Positions 27,465-39,700 of a stretch of 64,000 bases of DNA are shown here, in pieces. This DNA is from Narcine bancroftii (taxonomy: Eukaryota), in NCBI RefSeq assembly GCF_036971445.1, contig NC_091476.1, positions 159,712,001 through 159,776,000 of the forward strand. The letters are read 5' to 3'. The notes under the pieces were generated by a model. The model did not search any database and had not been told where the DNA came from. It saw nothing but the letters and a program-made list of their open reading frames with translations. Within the stretch, counting starts at the first letter, position 1; every line of letters starts with the position of its first letter. The translations under genes and the position numbers were made by a program.

Positions 27465-27470
27465 AATAAA
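27465..27470 (+). terminator. Candidate NCDN polyadenylation signal
   Basis: AATAAA about 700 nt after the stop codon; usage unverified. Confidence 0.35.
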
Positions 27471-28329
27471 AATTATATGCTTTCAATGCTTTGACTTTAA
27501 TAAGCAAAGAAATATCCACAAAGTTACAAAGAAGTACTTATTAGCAACTCAAAATTCATTCAGATCTAATCGATCTGTTGATGTGTCACTTCTGTACAAT
27601 AACTAACCACTGTTAAAATCATTATATTCCTCTAATGCAAAATTTTCCAACCTTTTTGTAGAGAAAATATTGCTGATGTTTTCTTTTGGATGATTGTGGC
27701 TGAAGCATCACCTTCTGTGTACAGTAATATGTTGCCAACCATAAAGTTAGAGGACTTGATAGGAAATATATAATGTGAATTGTGTGGTGGTTTCTTGACA
27801 CACGAGATATTTTAACTCTCCCAGAAAATGTATATCTAAAGACAATGCAGTAAAGACTAGACCTATTCAGTGAAGCAAAGTTTTTTTTTTCTAAATTGTA
27901 TCAGCCTGAGGTTTCATACCCTCCATTGTTTTGCCATCATGTGAAATTTGCTATTCCAGTTATGCGAGAGCCTTTGATAGGAAATGATACTGTAATTAAA
28001 TTCTTTAACTATTCAGAATTCTTCATATGGCATCATTCTTTTGAATCCATTTTTGTTTTGTGGATGAAGAAATGAAAAGGTAGCTAGTTGATGTTTGCCA
28101 TGACTTTCAACCCCTGTCCTTCTGCCTCACTCCCTCCCCAGCTTCAATATTCAAGAGGCTGAAATGAGCAAGGATGGCACTACATTTCCTCCCTGTTTGC
28201 TAGGTTGCAGTCTCCTTACTAGCAGCATTCTTCCTTTATCTCGCAATGTCCACCTTACGTGCAAGTCCTGGTTCAAAGAGCTCTACAGCCCTGTGCTCAG
28301 ACCCTCTGCAGCTCATTGGAACACCTTAG

Positions 28330-29590
28330 AGACATAGAGATATACAGCCACAAAAACTGACTCTTTGGCCCGACGTGTCCACCCTGACCCAAGATGTCAA
28401 GCTGAGCTTGTCACATTCACATATTGGCCCATATCCTCAACCTTTTTCTATCTGTGTACCTATCTATGTAAATGCCTTTTAAACATGGAAATTGTACCCA
28501 TCATATATCCCCAGCCCTTGTATGACAAAATTGCCACTCAGATTCCTGTAAAACTTTTCCTCTCTCACTTAAACTGATCCAAATGATCCTACCCTCAGAA
28601 AAAGACTGTCTCTTCACTTCATCAATGTTCCTCCTGATTTGTATACCTCTAATAAGGTCAATGCTCAGTCTCTAAGTCTCCAGGGAAAAACATCCCATCA
28701 TCTCCAGCCGTTCCTTTATAACTGAAGCCCTTCAGTTCCAGTAATATTCTCATGAATTTCTTCTGCATCCTTTCCAGCTTAATGACATACTTGTAGAATT
28801 GTACACAATATTCCAAGTGTTGTCTGACCAACTTCTTGTGCACCTTTAACGTGACATCCCACCCCCTGGACTCAATCCCCTGACTGATTTAAAGCAAATG
28901 CCTTTTTCATTAATCTGTTGCTATTCTCGTGTACCTGTACCCCGAGGTCTCTTCTGTTGCAATCTTCAGGGGCATACCATTTATGGAGAAATTCCTCTCT
29001 TGATTCTCCAAAATGCAACAGCTCTGAGATGGTTATGATTATGGTATTTCTGATTTTCCTAACCTCTCTCCCTGTTTCCAGTTCAGGGAGATAAGGCTGC
29101 AAGCTAGTGACAGAAATTCTTCTCCTCCCAGGTTTTAGAATTTCAGTCAGTATGCTGTCTGGAGGCCAAGTTGTTTTTAATTGACATGTGGCTCTCTCAT
29201 CTTCAGACCACAATGGCAGCAAAGGTAAGCGGGGCAATGTGCTACTGGATGGAGACCAGGACATAGTATCAATGACCAATTCTTGGTTGAGCTCTTGTTA
29301 CTATAGATATTCTACAGCACAGTACAGGCCCTTCAGCCCATGATGTGCTGAACTTCATAAACTTAATTGGCAAAACTTTCTTACCTCAATTGTCACCCTC
29401 TTTTTTTTCATCCATGTGCCTAAGGTTCTTTTAAATGTTCCTATTGTATTCCAGGTACCCTCTACTTTTTAAAAAAAAAACATTCCTCCCCTTACCTTGT
29501 AGAGATATCCTCAGGTGTTATCAAGCCTTGCCCTGGGAAAAAGGTACTGGATATCTACCCTATCTCTGCCTCTCATAATCTTGTAGACAA
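28330..29590 (-). mobile_element. CR1 3' remnants with an intervening RT fragment
   Basis: LVRQHLEYCVQF...KLERMQKKFMR; PPDSILTEILK; CR1-type 3' tails. Confidence 0.7.
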
Positions 29591-29869
29591 TGTTGCAGTA
29601 TTGTTTGGGATCATCAAACCTCGATGACATCCGACAGCTTTATTTTAGGGGCCCTTGAAACCATTTGATACTGATTTTCCTTTGTCAAGATTTCCTGTTG
29701 TTTAAGGACCATGCTGATGGAAAACGGTTGTTAGCCTGAAAGTCAAGAGCACCAATCAGAATACAAGTCCATGTACTTACTTGTATTATTACCTTATTTA
29801 ATATGTGCCCGTGCTTGAAATGGTATTGCCATGAGCTGCAAATATTTGTAACAAAGTGATGCTGTGATT

Positions 29870-31070
29870 GTGATCAACACACAAATGCTCGAGGAACTCG
29901 GCCTGTTTCAGCATCCATGGGAGGTTAAGAACATTACTGATGTTTTGGGCCTGATCCCTTCCTCAAGGCGTGAGTGAAAATGGACAAGCGTCTGAATTAA
30001 AGATAATGGAGGGGTGGGGGTGGGTAGAGATAGTTAACTGGAGAAGTCGATGCTATTGCAGAGGACAGAGCGGAGGTGACCAATGGAAATGACCACCACT
30101 ATCAATGCAGCCCTTAACTGTATACCGTCCACAATCCGCACATCTGCCCTGGACCCCTCCACCACCCCCCCCCCCCCCCACCAACGCGTAATGAGGACAG
30201 GATTCCCCTTTTTTTCACCTACCAGCCTGCACATCCAACATATTCTTCTTCACCATTTCTGCCACCTACTACATGATCCCACCACCAGACACATTTCCCC
30301 TCTGTAGGGTCCGCTCCTTCTGAGACACCATTGTCCACTCCTCCATCCCCTTCTTTAGCTCCCTTGGCACCTACCCCTCTAGTGCTGCACCTCCCTCATT
30401 ACCATTTGGGGACACAAACAGTTCTACCAAGTGAAGAAATAAGTGTGAATCTGCAGGGATAATTTATTGCATCCAGTGGTGGTCTTTACATCAGAGAGAG
30501 TGGACACACTGGGATTTTTGCTTCACTGAACACTTCCTTTCTGTCCATGCAATTGCGTGGATCTTGCAGTGGCCATCCTTTTCAATTCCCCGCCCCATTA
30601 CCTTGCTGACATGTTCGTCCATGGTCTCAGGCACTGCCAGACTGAGACCACCTGCAGATTGGAGAAACAGTACCTAATCTTCCATCTGGACAACCTCCAA
30701 TTGACTTACCTGGTTTCTGTTTAAACCCCACCCCCAATTTTCCTCTTTCTCCCAATCTCCCTCTGTCTCCTTTCCCGTAGCTCTGTTTCTCCCTTTTCCT
30801 TTTGTCTCCTTTCGCAGGGCCAAAATCGATTCTCATCTTTCCTCATATCCATTTAACACCTTCTGTCTTCGTACTCTTCACACCACCACCCCCCCTCCCC
30901 CCACCAATCCCCAGATTCTTCCCTGTTCTTTTGCCAAGCCTTTAATTCAGATGCTTGTGTATTATCACACACCTCAAAGAAGGGTTCAGGCCTGAAATGT
31001 CAGTAATATATCTATCTCCTTTGGATGTTTTGAGACCAGCTGAGTTCTTACAGCATTTCTGTGTATTGAC
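29870..31070 (+). mobile_element. Penelope-like element remnant with inverted terminal repeats
   Basis: Decayed GIY-YIG region similar to 3825-4290. 29880-29970 and 30970-31065 are mutually inverted. Confidence 0.65.
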
Positions 31071-31362
31071 AAAATGACGCTGGTCATGATCGGGCATTTT
31101 GTCAAGTGAAGGACAATTGGAGCAGAAGCTAAATTGCTGGAGAGACTCAGCAGGCCCGAAAGCATCCATGAGTGGAAATGGTCTGCACTTTTCGGGTATG
31201 TACTCTTTAGCTAAAACATTGCCTGATCGTTCCCTTGGATGTAGTCTGGCCTGCTGTGGTCTTCCAGCAATTTTCAAGATTCCAGCATCTGCTGCTTTCG
31301 CCCCTTGCCAGAAGTCTGCATCCTTAATGACTGTGGCACCTGAAGACACCCAAGAGGTTCAC

Positions 31363-31537
31363 AAAAATGCTGAAGAAACAGCAGGTTATGCAGCATCCAG
31401 TGTTTCGGGCTTGACCCCGTTTGTCAAGAAGGATAGGCTCAGGCCCAAAAGGTTGGGTACCTTTCACTTCCCATGGATGCTGCTTGACTTCTGTGTATTG
31501 CACTCAACTCCAGCATCTGCAAATTTTCTCGTTTAAC
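31363..31537. mobile_element. Penelope-derived mini-hairpin insertion
   Basis: Flanked by the 14-bp direct repeat cccaagaggttcac (31349-31362, 31538-31551); internally self-complementary. Confidence 0.6.
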
Positions 31538-31639
31538 CCCAAGAGGTTCACTTTTGTTTAGGATTCAAATTATAGTTGGCACTCTATTGATACAAACAGG
31601 TGAGTTCCTGGAAAGAGTTTGCATAACTTTATTCTTTGG

Positions 31640-32437
31640 CATTACTGGGTTACTCAGCTCCGGATTAAGTGGAAAACTGTAACTCGTACATACGGCTGCT
31701 CTTCATCGACTACAGCTCAGAATTGAACACCATTATTCCCTCAGTGCTGGTCCCTGGGTGTCTGCATCCCCCACTGCAGCTGGATTCTTGACTTTCTCTT
31801 CACAGTCAGTATGAATTGGAAACAATATCTCCTGACTGACAATCCACATGGGCATCTCAAGGTGGTAGTCTTGGCCAACTGCTCTACTCTACACCCATGA
31901 CTGTGGGAAGGTACAATTTAAATGGTATCTACAAATTTGCTGGATAACTCATCACTTGTCAGCAGATTCACAGACAGCATCGAGGAAGCATACAGGAGCG
32001 AGATGGATCAGCTAGTTGAGTAGTGACACAACTACAACATTGCACTCAATGTTAGCAAAACTAAGGAATTGATTGTGGACTACAGGAAAGGGAAATCAGG
32101 AGAATATGAACCAGTCCTTATCAAGGGGTTGGTAGTGGATTCAAGAATTTCAAATTCCTGATTGTCCTGGAGCCTCCATGCCAATGAAGAGGGCTCTCTG
32201 GCTGTGATATTTTGAGGAGATTCAGATATGTCAGCAAAGACTCAAACTTCTGCAGGTGCACTATGGAGAGTGTTCTGTCTGGTTGCTTCACTGTGGCATG
32301 CCAACATTCAGGACAGGAAAAAAAAACCCCCAGGGGGTTGTTGACTCGGCCTGCAACTTCACTGGCAACAGCATTCACTCCATGGAGGACATTTATAAGA
32401 AGTGATGTTTTAACAAAGCAGCCTCTATCCTCTAGGA
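31640..32437 (+). mobile_element. Rex1/Babar-type LINE remnant, resuming at 33293
   Basis: Decayed RLLFIDYSS, THDC, YKFA and LNVSKTKELIVDYRK motifs. Confidence 0.75.
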
Positions 32438-33284
32438 CAGGGGTCTCAAACTCAATTTACCCGGGGGCCGCTGGAGGTAGAGTCTGGGTGAGGCTGGGCT
32501 GCATCAGATTTTCCACAAGAAAAGCTCTTACAAATACATTCCAATGTTATCAAATGTCTTTATTTTTATTTTTTAAAACAAAATAAGATGAAAAAATAAA
32601 TAAATTAACAATTCATAGGAAAAAAAATTAAATCAATCAGTAATAAATAAATAAAATGAAAATAATAAAAATACAGCAGATAGAGAAGTCTGAAGAAACC
32701 ACATATAGTTGCTGACTGGAGAAATGTAATTATTATGATTCAGATTCAAATGTCTGTATTAACAGTTCTTTAACCTTTAACTTTCTGAACATGAATGGAA
32801 CATTGAACATAAACTGTTATGAACATGTCTTCTTCTGCCTACTTCTTACTGCTAGAGATCTGGCAGCGCTTCCTCTCGCATAGCCGAGCCACGTTTGGCT
32901 TAAGGGAGGAGGCAGTTGAGACCCTCAGTAGGGTTTGAAGATGCTCGTCGGTAAGTCTGGACTTGGACTTATTGAGGTTCATGCGCCGAAGCGCGTGAAG
33001 CGGGAAATTGCGCATGTACCGCGTACATATAATGACAAATAGAAAATGCACTCAAATCTGCTTATATTCGCAATAAGCCCAGCCGATGTCCCGCCCCCCC
33101 CCCGAGAGCAATATACCCCACCGTGATTGGTAGGTTCGTTCAGCTCCGCACACAACACTGAGAAGTGCCAATCGTATCAAACTCGCGGGCCGCACTAACA
33201 TTAAACTTTCATATTAAGGCGGGGCCACAAACTATGGTCCCGAGGGCCGCAGTTGGCCCGCGGGCCGCAAGCTTGAGACCCCTG
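32438..33284 (-). mobile_element. Non-autonomous hAT (Charlie/SPIN-like) deletion derivative, young
   Basis: TIRs caggggtctcaa...ttgagacccctg; perfect 8-bp TSD ctctagga (32430-32437, 33285-33292). Retains the transposase C-terminus MNLNKSKSRLTDEHLQTLLRVST. Confidence 0.92.
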
Positions 33285-33699
33285 CTCTAGGACCACTCAG
33301 CCCAGGTCATGCTCCCCTCTAAAGGTAGAGGGGCCTGTCAAGGACAGCTTCCCCTCTGCACTGTAAGGTGGTTGATCGAAAGGTTGGCCACAAAACAATG
33401 AACTTGGTGACTTGTTCATGCCAATAAATTGCTGGGTTTCATCCTTTTCCCGGGAGGAGGAGGCGGGCGCTCGGATGCCGTTTATGGCAGGGGAGAGGGT
33501 GGGGCCCTTGTCCGAGCGGGCCAATCAAAAAGCGGCGGAGGGAGGGGGCGGGGCCTGTCCCAGGCGCCTGCGCCCTCGGGCTACGCGGGAAGTCGATTTG
33601 AATCGCCGACTGGGTCGCCGGCCTCTCTTGTTTTTTCCCGCTGTTGGACCCGGGACGAGGCTTCGGACCTGAGGCGCGGCTCGAGGGACTTCGCCCGAA

Positions 33700-33714
33700 A
33701 TGTCCGCGGTGGAG
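33700..33714 (+). CDS. CLSPN: CLSPN exon 1 coding part
   Basis: ATG TCC GCG GTG GAG|gtgagc (MSAVE), phase 0. Confidence 0.75.
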
Positions 33715-36700
33715 GTGAGCGGGCAGCCAGATGGAGCCGGGCGGCAGCGAGTGGGCCCGCTCCCGGCCTCCCGCCGCCGGGCCAGGTCCTGTTCTCCGCT
33801 CCCTGACTTTAGACGGAAACTTTTTCGACTTTAGCGGAAACTTTTTCGACTTTAGCGGAAACTTTTTTGAAGTGAACTGCGACCCTGCACAGACCTGCCC
33901 TGGACCGGCGGGGGTTTCCACTGCGTTGAGATGGGCTGCAGTCCTATTTTAAACCCAGTGACTACATACAGATTGGCTGCTTTCCCGTATGGCAAAGCTT
34001 TGTAGGATTAATGCTAAATCCGAGTTTTTAAAAAAAATTGGCGGCAGATTCGATTATCCGTGGCGGGATTGGGCGGGTTTTTGTGAACAATAGAGCGCCG
34101 CAGACGCCTTTTTTTTGTCTAACCCCCGGTGACGAGATGTTGAGAACATTTAATTTTCAAAGGTCCTCAAGTCAAGTGCTTCGTCTTCAAAGGTCCCAAG
34201 ATAAAATGGGACTCGGGAGACCTTTAAGTCAGTGGCAAGAAAGGATTTGAGGAAGGATACACTGGCTTTGGAGACGGTCCATTGATCCGGGGATGAAGGG
34301 GTTGACTTGTGATGAAAGATTAAATCGTCGAGGATTGTATTCGCTCGAGTTCAGAAGAATGACAGGAGATCTTATAGAAACATATAGGATTATGAAGGGT
34401 ATGGATAGGATAGATGTAGGATTTTGTGTTGGCCGGGGGAACTAAAACAAGAGGACACAGTCTCAAGATTCGAGGGAGTAGATTTAGGACAGAGATGAGG
34501 AAAAATAGTTTTTCCCAGAGAGTAGTGAATGTTTGGAATTCTCTAACCAGGGAAGTGGTTGAGGCTGCCTCATTAAACATATTTAAAATTCGGTTAGATC
34601 AATTTCTACATGATAAGAGGAATTAGGGGATATGGGGAGAAGGCAGGTAGGTGGAGTTAGGTCATAAATTAGATCAGCCATGATCGTATTGAATGGCGGA
34701 GCAGGCTCGATGGGCCATTTTTGGCCTTCTCCTGTTCCTATTGCATGTTCCAACCCACGTTGCTTGTTCAACAGATGATTACTTCACCCTTTTAGTTTTG
34801 CTTATTTATATCAGCACATTGCAAACAACTGGCGTGGTCCCAAGTGCTGGAGAGGTCATAAATTACATCTTGAGCAATGATTTGGGGGGCGGTATATAAC
34901 GGGTACCCGAGGTTTAGAATTGTACGTGCAACGTGGTAGCAATCACTTCATGCGGAGTGGGGGGGGTCATTCTTCTCTAAACCGCGAGCGGGTGTGGACC
35001 AGGTGCTGGTCAGTGGGACGAGGAGGGTGGGGATTTGTTCCAGCATGGACTAGTAGGGCTATACTGGCCTGTTCTGTGCTGTATACGGTTCTATGGGTGT
35101 GGAATCGAGGAGGAATCATATTTAAACCAGTTACGTCTCCACCTGATCTCCAAATCAATACGAGGATTTCTCTCTCATTGTTGCTACTTCTAATCTAGTC
35201 AATCCTTGTGATTGCACAGAGATTCAAATGATTTTTAACCATTGAAATGTCAAGAAAGCTCAATGTTTTTAATTTTGTCCTTATTGTATCTCATCGAACA
35301 AAAATAATTTGTGTAATATCCATAGTCAGGTTTGTGATATCCCAGATTTATAACCATATACAGCACAGAACAGGCCAGTTTGGCCCTACTAGTCCATGCC
35401 AGAACAAATCCCCACCCTCTTAGTCCCACTGAATATAACCAAGTCCCACTGAACCAAGTACCCTGCCTTGTAGTATTTGGCTGAAAACATAACTGTGGCT
35501 CTTTCTGCAGCTATTCCATGATTGGTTGAGAGTTCATGATTTGCTCTGTTTTTGATTTTCAGCGACTTTATTAATTTTTAATTTAGACTGATGTATTTTA
35601 CTTGCAGTTGGGGAAATGAAATCTGTCCTTGTAAAGTCAACATCTAGTGGATGTGATAAGTTCTGTTGGCTTTTTAAATCATTTTCTTTGACATTCAGCT
35701 TTCTAGTAAAATTTTGCAAAACTTCAAGTAATCATTGTGCACAACAAACCTCAAAGCAATTCCATCTCCAGTTAAAATATTAAAACTTTTACAGTTTAAT
35801 AATTAACTTTAAGCGAGGTACAACCCCATACATGGTGGTCAAATTTCCTGGATTTGTATGTCAAAAGCTGTGTTCATTTAAATTTGGAATAAAAGCACCT
35901 AGGATTAATGGTGATACTTCTGATGACACTCATTTTTCCATGAAGGAAATATGACAATCCTGATTAGAATGTGCAATTCACTCACAAAGCAGCAAAAAGC
36001 TCTGTAACATCTGGAAAGCCAGACTGTTTTCGAGGCAATTGGGCATGGAGTGAAAATGCATTGTAACTACCAATGATGTCCACATCTTGTGAATGAGTAC
36101 AAAAAATATTTTGATGGTATGTTTGCAACTTTAGTGGAATACTGTTATTCAAGATTCAATTTATTGTCATTATAATAAAGCAGTGTCAAATATCAAATTA
36201 CTTATGTCTGCCATAAGGCAGACAGATTCACCATTGGCAGAAATTGTCTGAAGCTCTTCTTACAGTCAGAAAAAGAGAAGCAAAGGAGAGTCTCTCCCCC
36301 CCCCCCCCCCCCCGGAATCACGGTGTCCATAGATTTGCCTCCAGTGCCTCTGCTACCATCCAGTCCAGTCCAAACCATTAGCAACCTGACCTCCAGATCC
36401 AAACCTCCAACAGAGTCAGGAACCCTTCAGTGCCTTCGACACCCCCCTTGCATCCCAGTTCTGATACCTGGTATCCCTTCAGCCAGTTTCGAGCCAGTCT
36501 CCGGCAAGTCCACAACCCAGCGCGAATCTCCTGACAGCAGTCTCCAGCAACCCCCAGCCTCCTTAGGTTCCTCGCCTCGAGTCACCAGCATGCGTGGGTC
36601 CTTCAGCCACAGAGCCTCCTCACTGGTCCGCTGCTGCAGTCACCAGACTGTGGGTCATCTCTGCTTCTCCTTCTCAGATGGGGGGTGGTTTCTCCATTTT

Positions 36701-39700
36701 CTGGTGCTCTGGGGCAGTCCTCTCCTCCCTGGAGTCTGCAATCCCTCATGGCTGTTGCTGATCCTGTGGTCGCAGGATTTTAAATAAAACCATGTTGTTC
36801 GAAGCCTGTGCGGGGCTGATGGCATTTGACTGGGTGGTTGGACCTCGTGGGAGTGCTGTATCGCTCCCTGCAGGTCTGCGCCAGCGGCTGCACTGCCTTT
36901 CCAGCAGCTCTGGCAGCATCGCCATTTTTTGCTTTTTAATCATTATAAATCCCACACAATTTCACAAATCAGGTGCTGTTTTTCACGTGATTAATGCATG
37001 AATAACTGTCCTGAATTTGTATTTCATTCCAGCTGAATCTTGGAGATGAGGAGAAATCAAATGACAGTGATTTTGGCAGTGGCAAAGAAAGTTGTGGAAT
37101 GGACTCCCTGCATTGCAACAAAGAATTGAGTCACTTTAATGAAGGTTTGTGGTTGTTTTTCTACAATATGAGTTAAGTATCAGTATTTTTATCTAATCCT
37201 ATAGTTCTCAGCCTTTTTTCTACTCTTGTAGCACCTTAGGTAATCCTGATGGCACAGGATGCCATCTTTGCTGTGGTTAGTGAGGGATTACTTGAAGTGG
37301 TATGTGAGTGGAAAGAAAATGGTTGAGAACCATTGATCAAATCTAATATTGATTTTTCTTTTAAAAGAAGATGTTATCCATTATCTATAGATTTGAATGG
37401 CTGCTGTACAGGAGGTAGCCATTTGGTTCATTTGGCTCTTTGTAGGCTAACTTAGTCAGCCCCGTAGTCCTACTCTTTCCATGTAGCCCTGCAAGCTATT
37501 TTTCATCTCGTGGTTATCTCATTACCATTTGTAGTCCTGATGGACTTTTCCTGTCACCTCTGCAATCAGAAGTGGGATTGACTTCTCTTTAACATGTTTC
37601 AGAAGGCTGTCATAATTGTATGCACTTTATCAAATTACTTCAGTGCATTTTGCTTCAGGAAGAATCAACTCCAGCTTATCCTTCAAACCAAAATTCATTT
37701 TTCCTAGAACCAGTGTGATAATTTTTTCCTGTAGTTTCTCTTGCACCATCATGTCCTTCCTAAATGAAGATGATGGCGCTGCCAGAGCCATGGTAGCGGC
37801 AGAGCTACTGCAGGTGCAGACCCACAGAGAGTGAGAGAGAGGAGTAGCAGCTCTTCCGCAGGGTCCAGCCACCTAGTCGACTGCCTTTGGCAGTTGTCTG
37901 CTTTGGATGGCCCGTTGAGGGAGCTGACAGTGGTTTTAGTTGAAATGCTGTGACTGCAGGTCTGCATCCAAGATGGCGGCCCCTATTAATCAGCAACGTC
38001 CACTAGGCACTGCAGATTCTGGGGAAGCGGATGACTGGAGCAGGATACCAGAGGACAGGAAAATCACGCACCGTCTGAGAGGGAGAAACAGAAGAGATGA
38101 CTCGCGGGGATGGTGACCAAGGTGGTGATCTAGTGAGTGGGCTCTGCAGCTGAGGGACCAATGTACGTGGCAGGCTACTGGTGACACGAGGCGAAGAAGC
38201 TGTGGGCTGTTGGGAGACTCCGACTGGGCAGCGGACTGCTGGAGACCGGCTCGAACTGGTTGGAGGGGATACCAGGTATCTGAACCGGGATGCAAGGAGG
38301 TGCCGAGGGTGCAGGAGGGTCCATGACCATGGTTCTAATCTGGAGTTCGCGTTGCCAATAATTTGGACTGAACTCTGTGGTTGCGAAAGTGCTGGAGGCA
38401 AATTTGCATCTCTCTCAATAACTAAGTCTGACTTTAAGAGGCACTGAGGCAATTCCTGCCAGTGGCGAATCTGTCTACCTTGCAGCAGGCAGAAAGAAAT
38501 TTCATGTGACGTGACACTGTTTTATTACTGTGATAATAAATTGAATCTTGAATCTTAAATTGCAGTGACCAGAATTTGATGAAAGTTTCCAGTTGTGATT
38601 TTTCAGCTATTGTAAACAGCCTCCTTTTGTATTCTGTGATCTGTTTTTGAAGCCCTCAATCCCATGTGCTTGGCTAATTGCTTTGTCAATGTTTGGAGGA
38701 ACATTCATGATGTACTGTTGCTCAAGGAGAGAGGAAGGGATAAACCAAGTAATTACAAGTCAGTTTAATATTGGTAATGGGAAAATTATTGTAATCTTTT
38801 CTAAGGGTCAAGATAAACCTTCATTGAGGAAGGCATGGAGTCATCAGAATTAGTCAAATTACCAGTATGGAATTGGAAATGTGTCTGATGTAATTTTCTT
38901 TCATTGAATTTTTTTAAGGTGGCAACAATGAGCGAGGGCAATGCATTTGGTGTATTCTTCGGGGACTTTATTGTGTCTTGTGTAGCTGGGTCAAAAATTA
39001 AAATAATTTGAAATCTAAATAAGAATAGATCTGAATAAGTAGTCTCCAGAATTGTCTTGGTATTAGGAACAAAGAGTAGTGGTTGACAGGAGGTTTTGTG
39101 ATTGGGAAATAAATGGGTTTCACAGAACTCTTTACTCAGAAACCTGCTTTCTGGGATAATTGGTGTCTAAGATTTGGGTTTAGAAGACATAAGGAATTTG
39201 TAAAAGATTCAAAAATATGAGTGTGACTGTCAGTATGGATGAAGGCTTTAGAGTGAATATGCAGATGATCTGTACAAATAGACAGCAGAAGTCTGAAGTA
39301 ATGTATAAGGGGTTTGAATCTGGCACAGTCTCAGGAATTTGTATGTTCTCCCATGTCTGTATGGGTTTCCTCTGGGTGTTTTGGTTTCCACCCACCCTTC
39401 AAAACATACAGGGTTGTAGGTTAATTGGGTGTAATTAGACGGCATGGGTTCGTGGGCCAAAAAGGCCCGTACCACGCTGTGCATCAAAAAAAAATTACAT
39501 TTAATTTATATGAGAAGCTCTGATGCTTGAAGGAAACAACTGTAAAATAATTAAAATTAATCGAGAATTTGTTCGTACAAGTTAAGGCTTGGAATGCATT
39601 ACTTTCATTGAAGGGTAGACACAATGGATTTAATACAACTTTCAATAAGCAACATTAATTAGTTTGTGTGTTCACATTGCTCTTTAATGTGCTCAAATTG

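Larger units (their letters stand above)
33440..33960 (+). promoter_or_regulatory. CLSPN CpG-island promoter, cell-cycle type
   Basis: CCAAT 33521, GC box 33545, NRF1-like GCGCCTGCGC 33564, E2F-like GCGGGAA 33585 and TTTCCCGC 33634, CHR-like TTTGAA 33597. Confidence 0.8.

Noticed and set aside
33412-33952. Several ORFs on both strands, one with a KKFPLKS repeat
   Set aside because: CpG island plus the 21-bp tandem repeat. Only MSAVE (CLSPN exon 1) is supported.
34985-35431. About 80-bp inverted repeat pair in CLSPN intron 1
   Set aside because: Two short CR1/SINE 3' tails in opposite orientation; common, with no evidence of an RNA gene.
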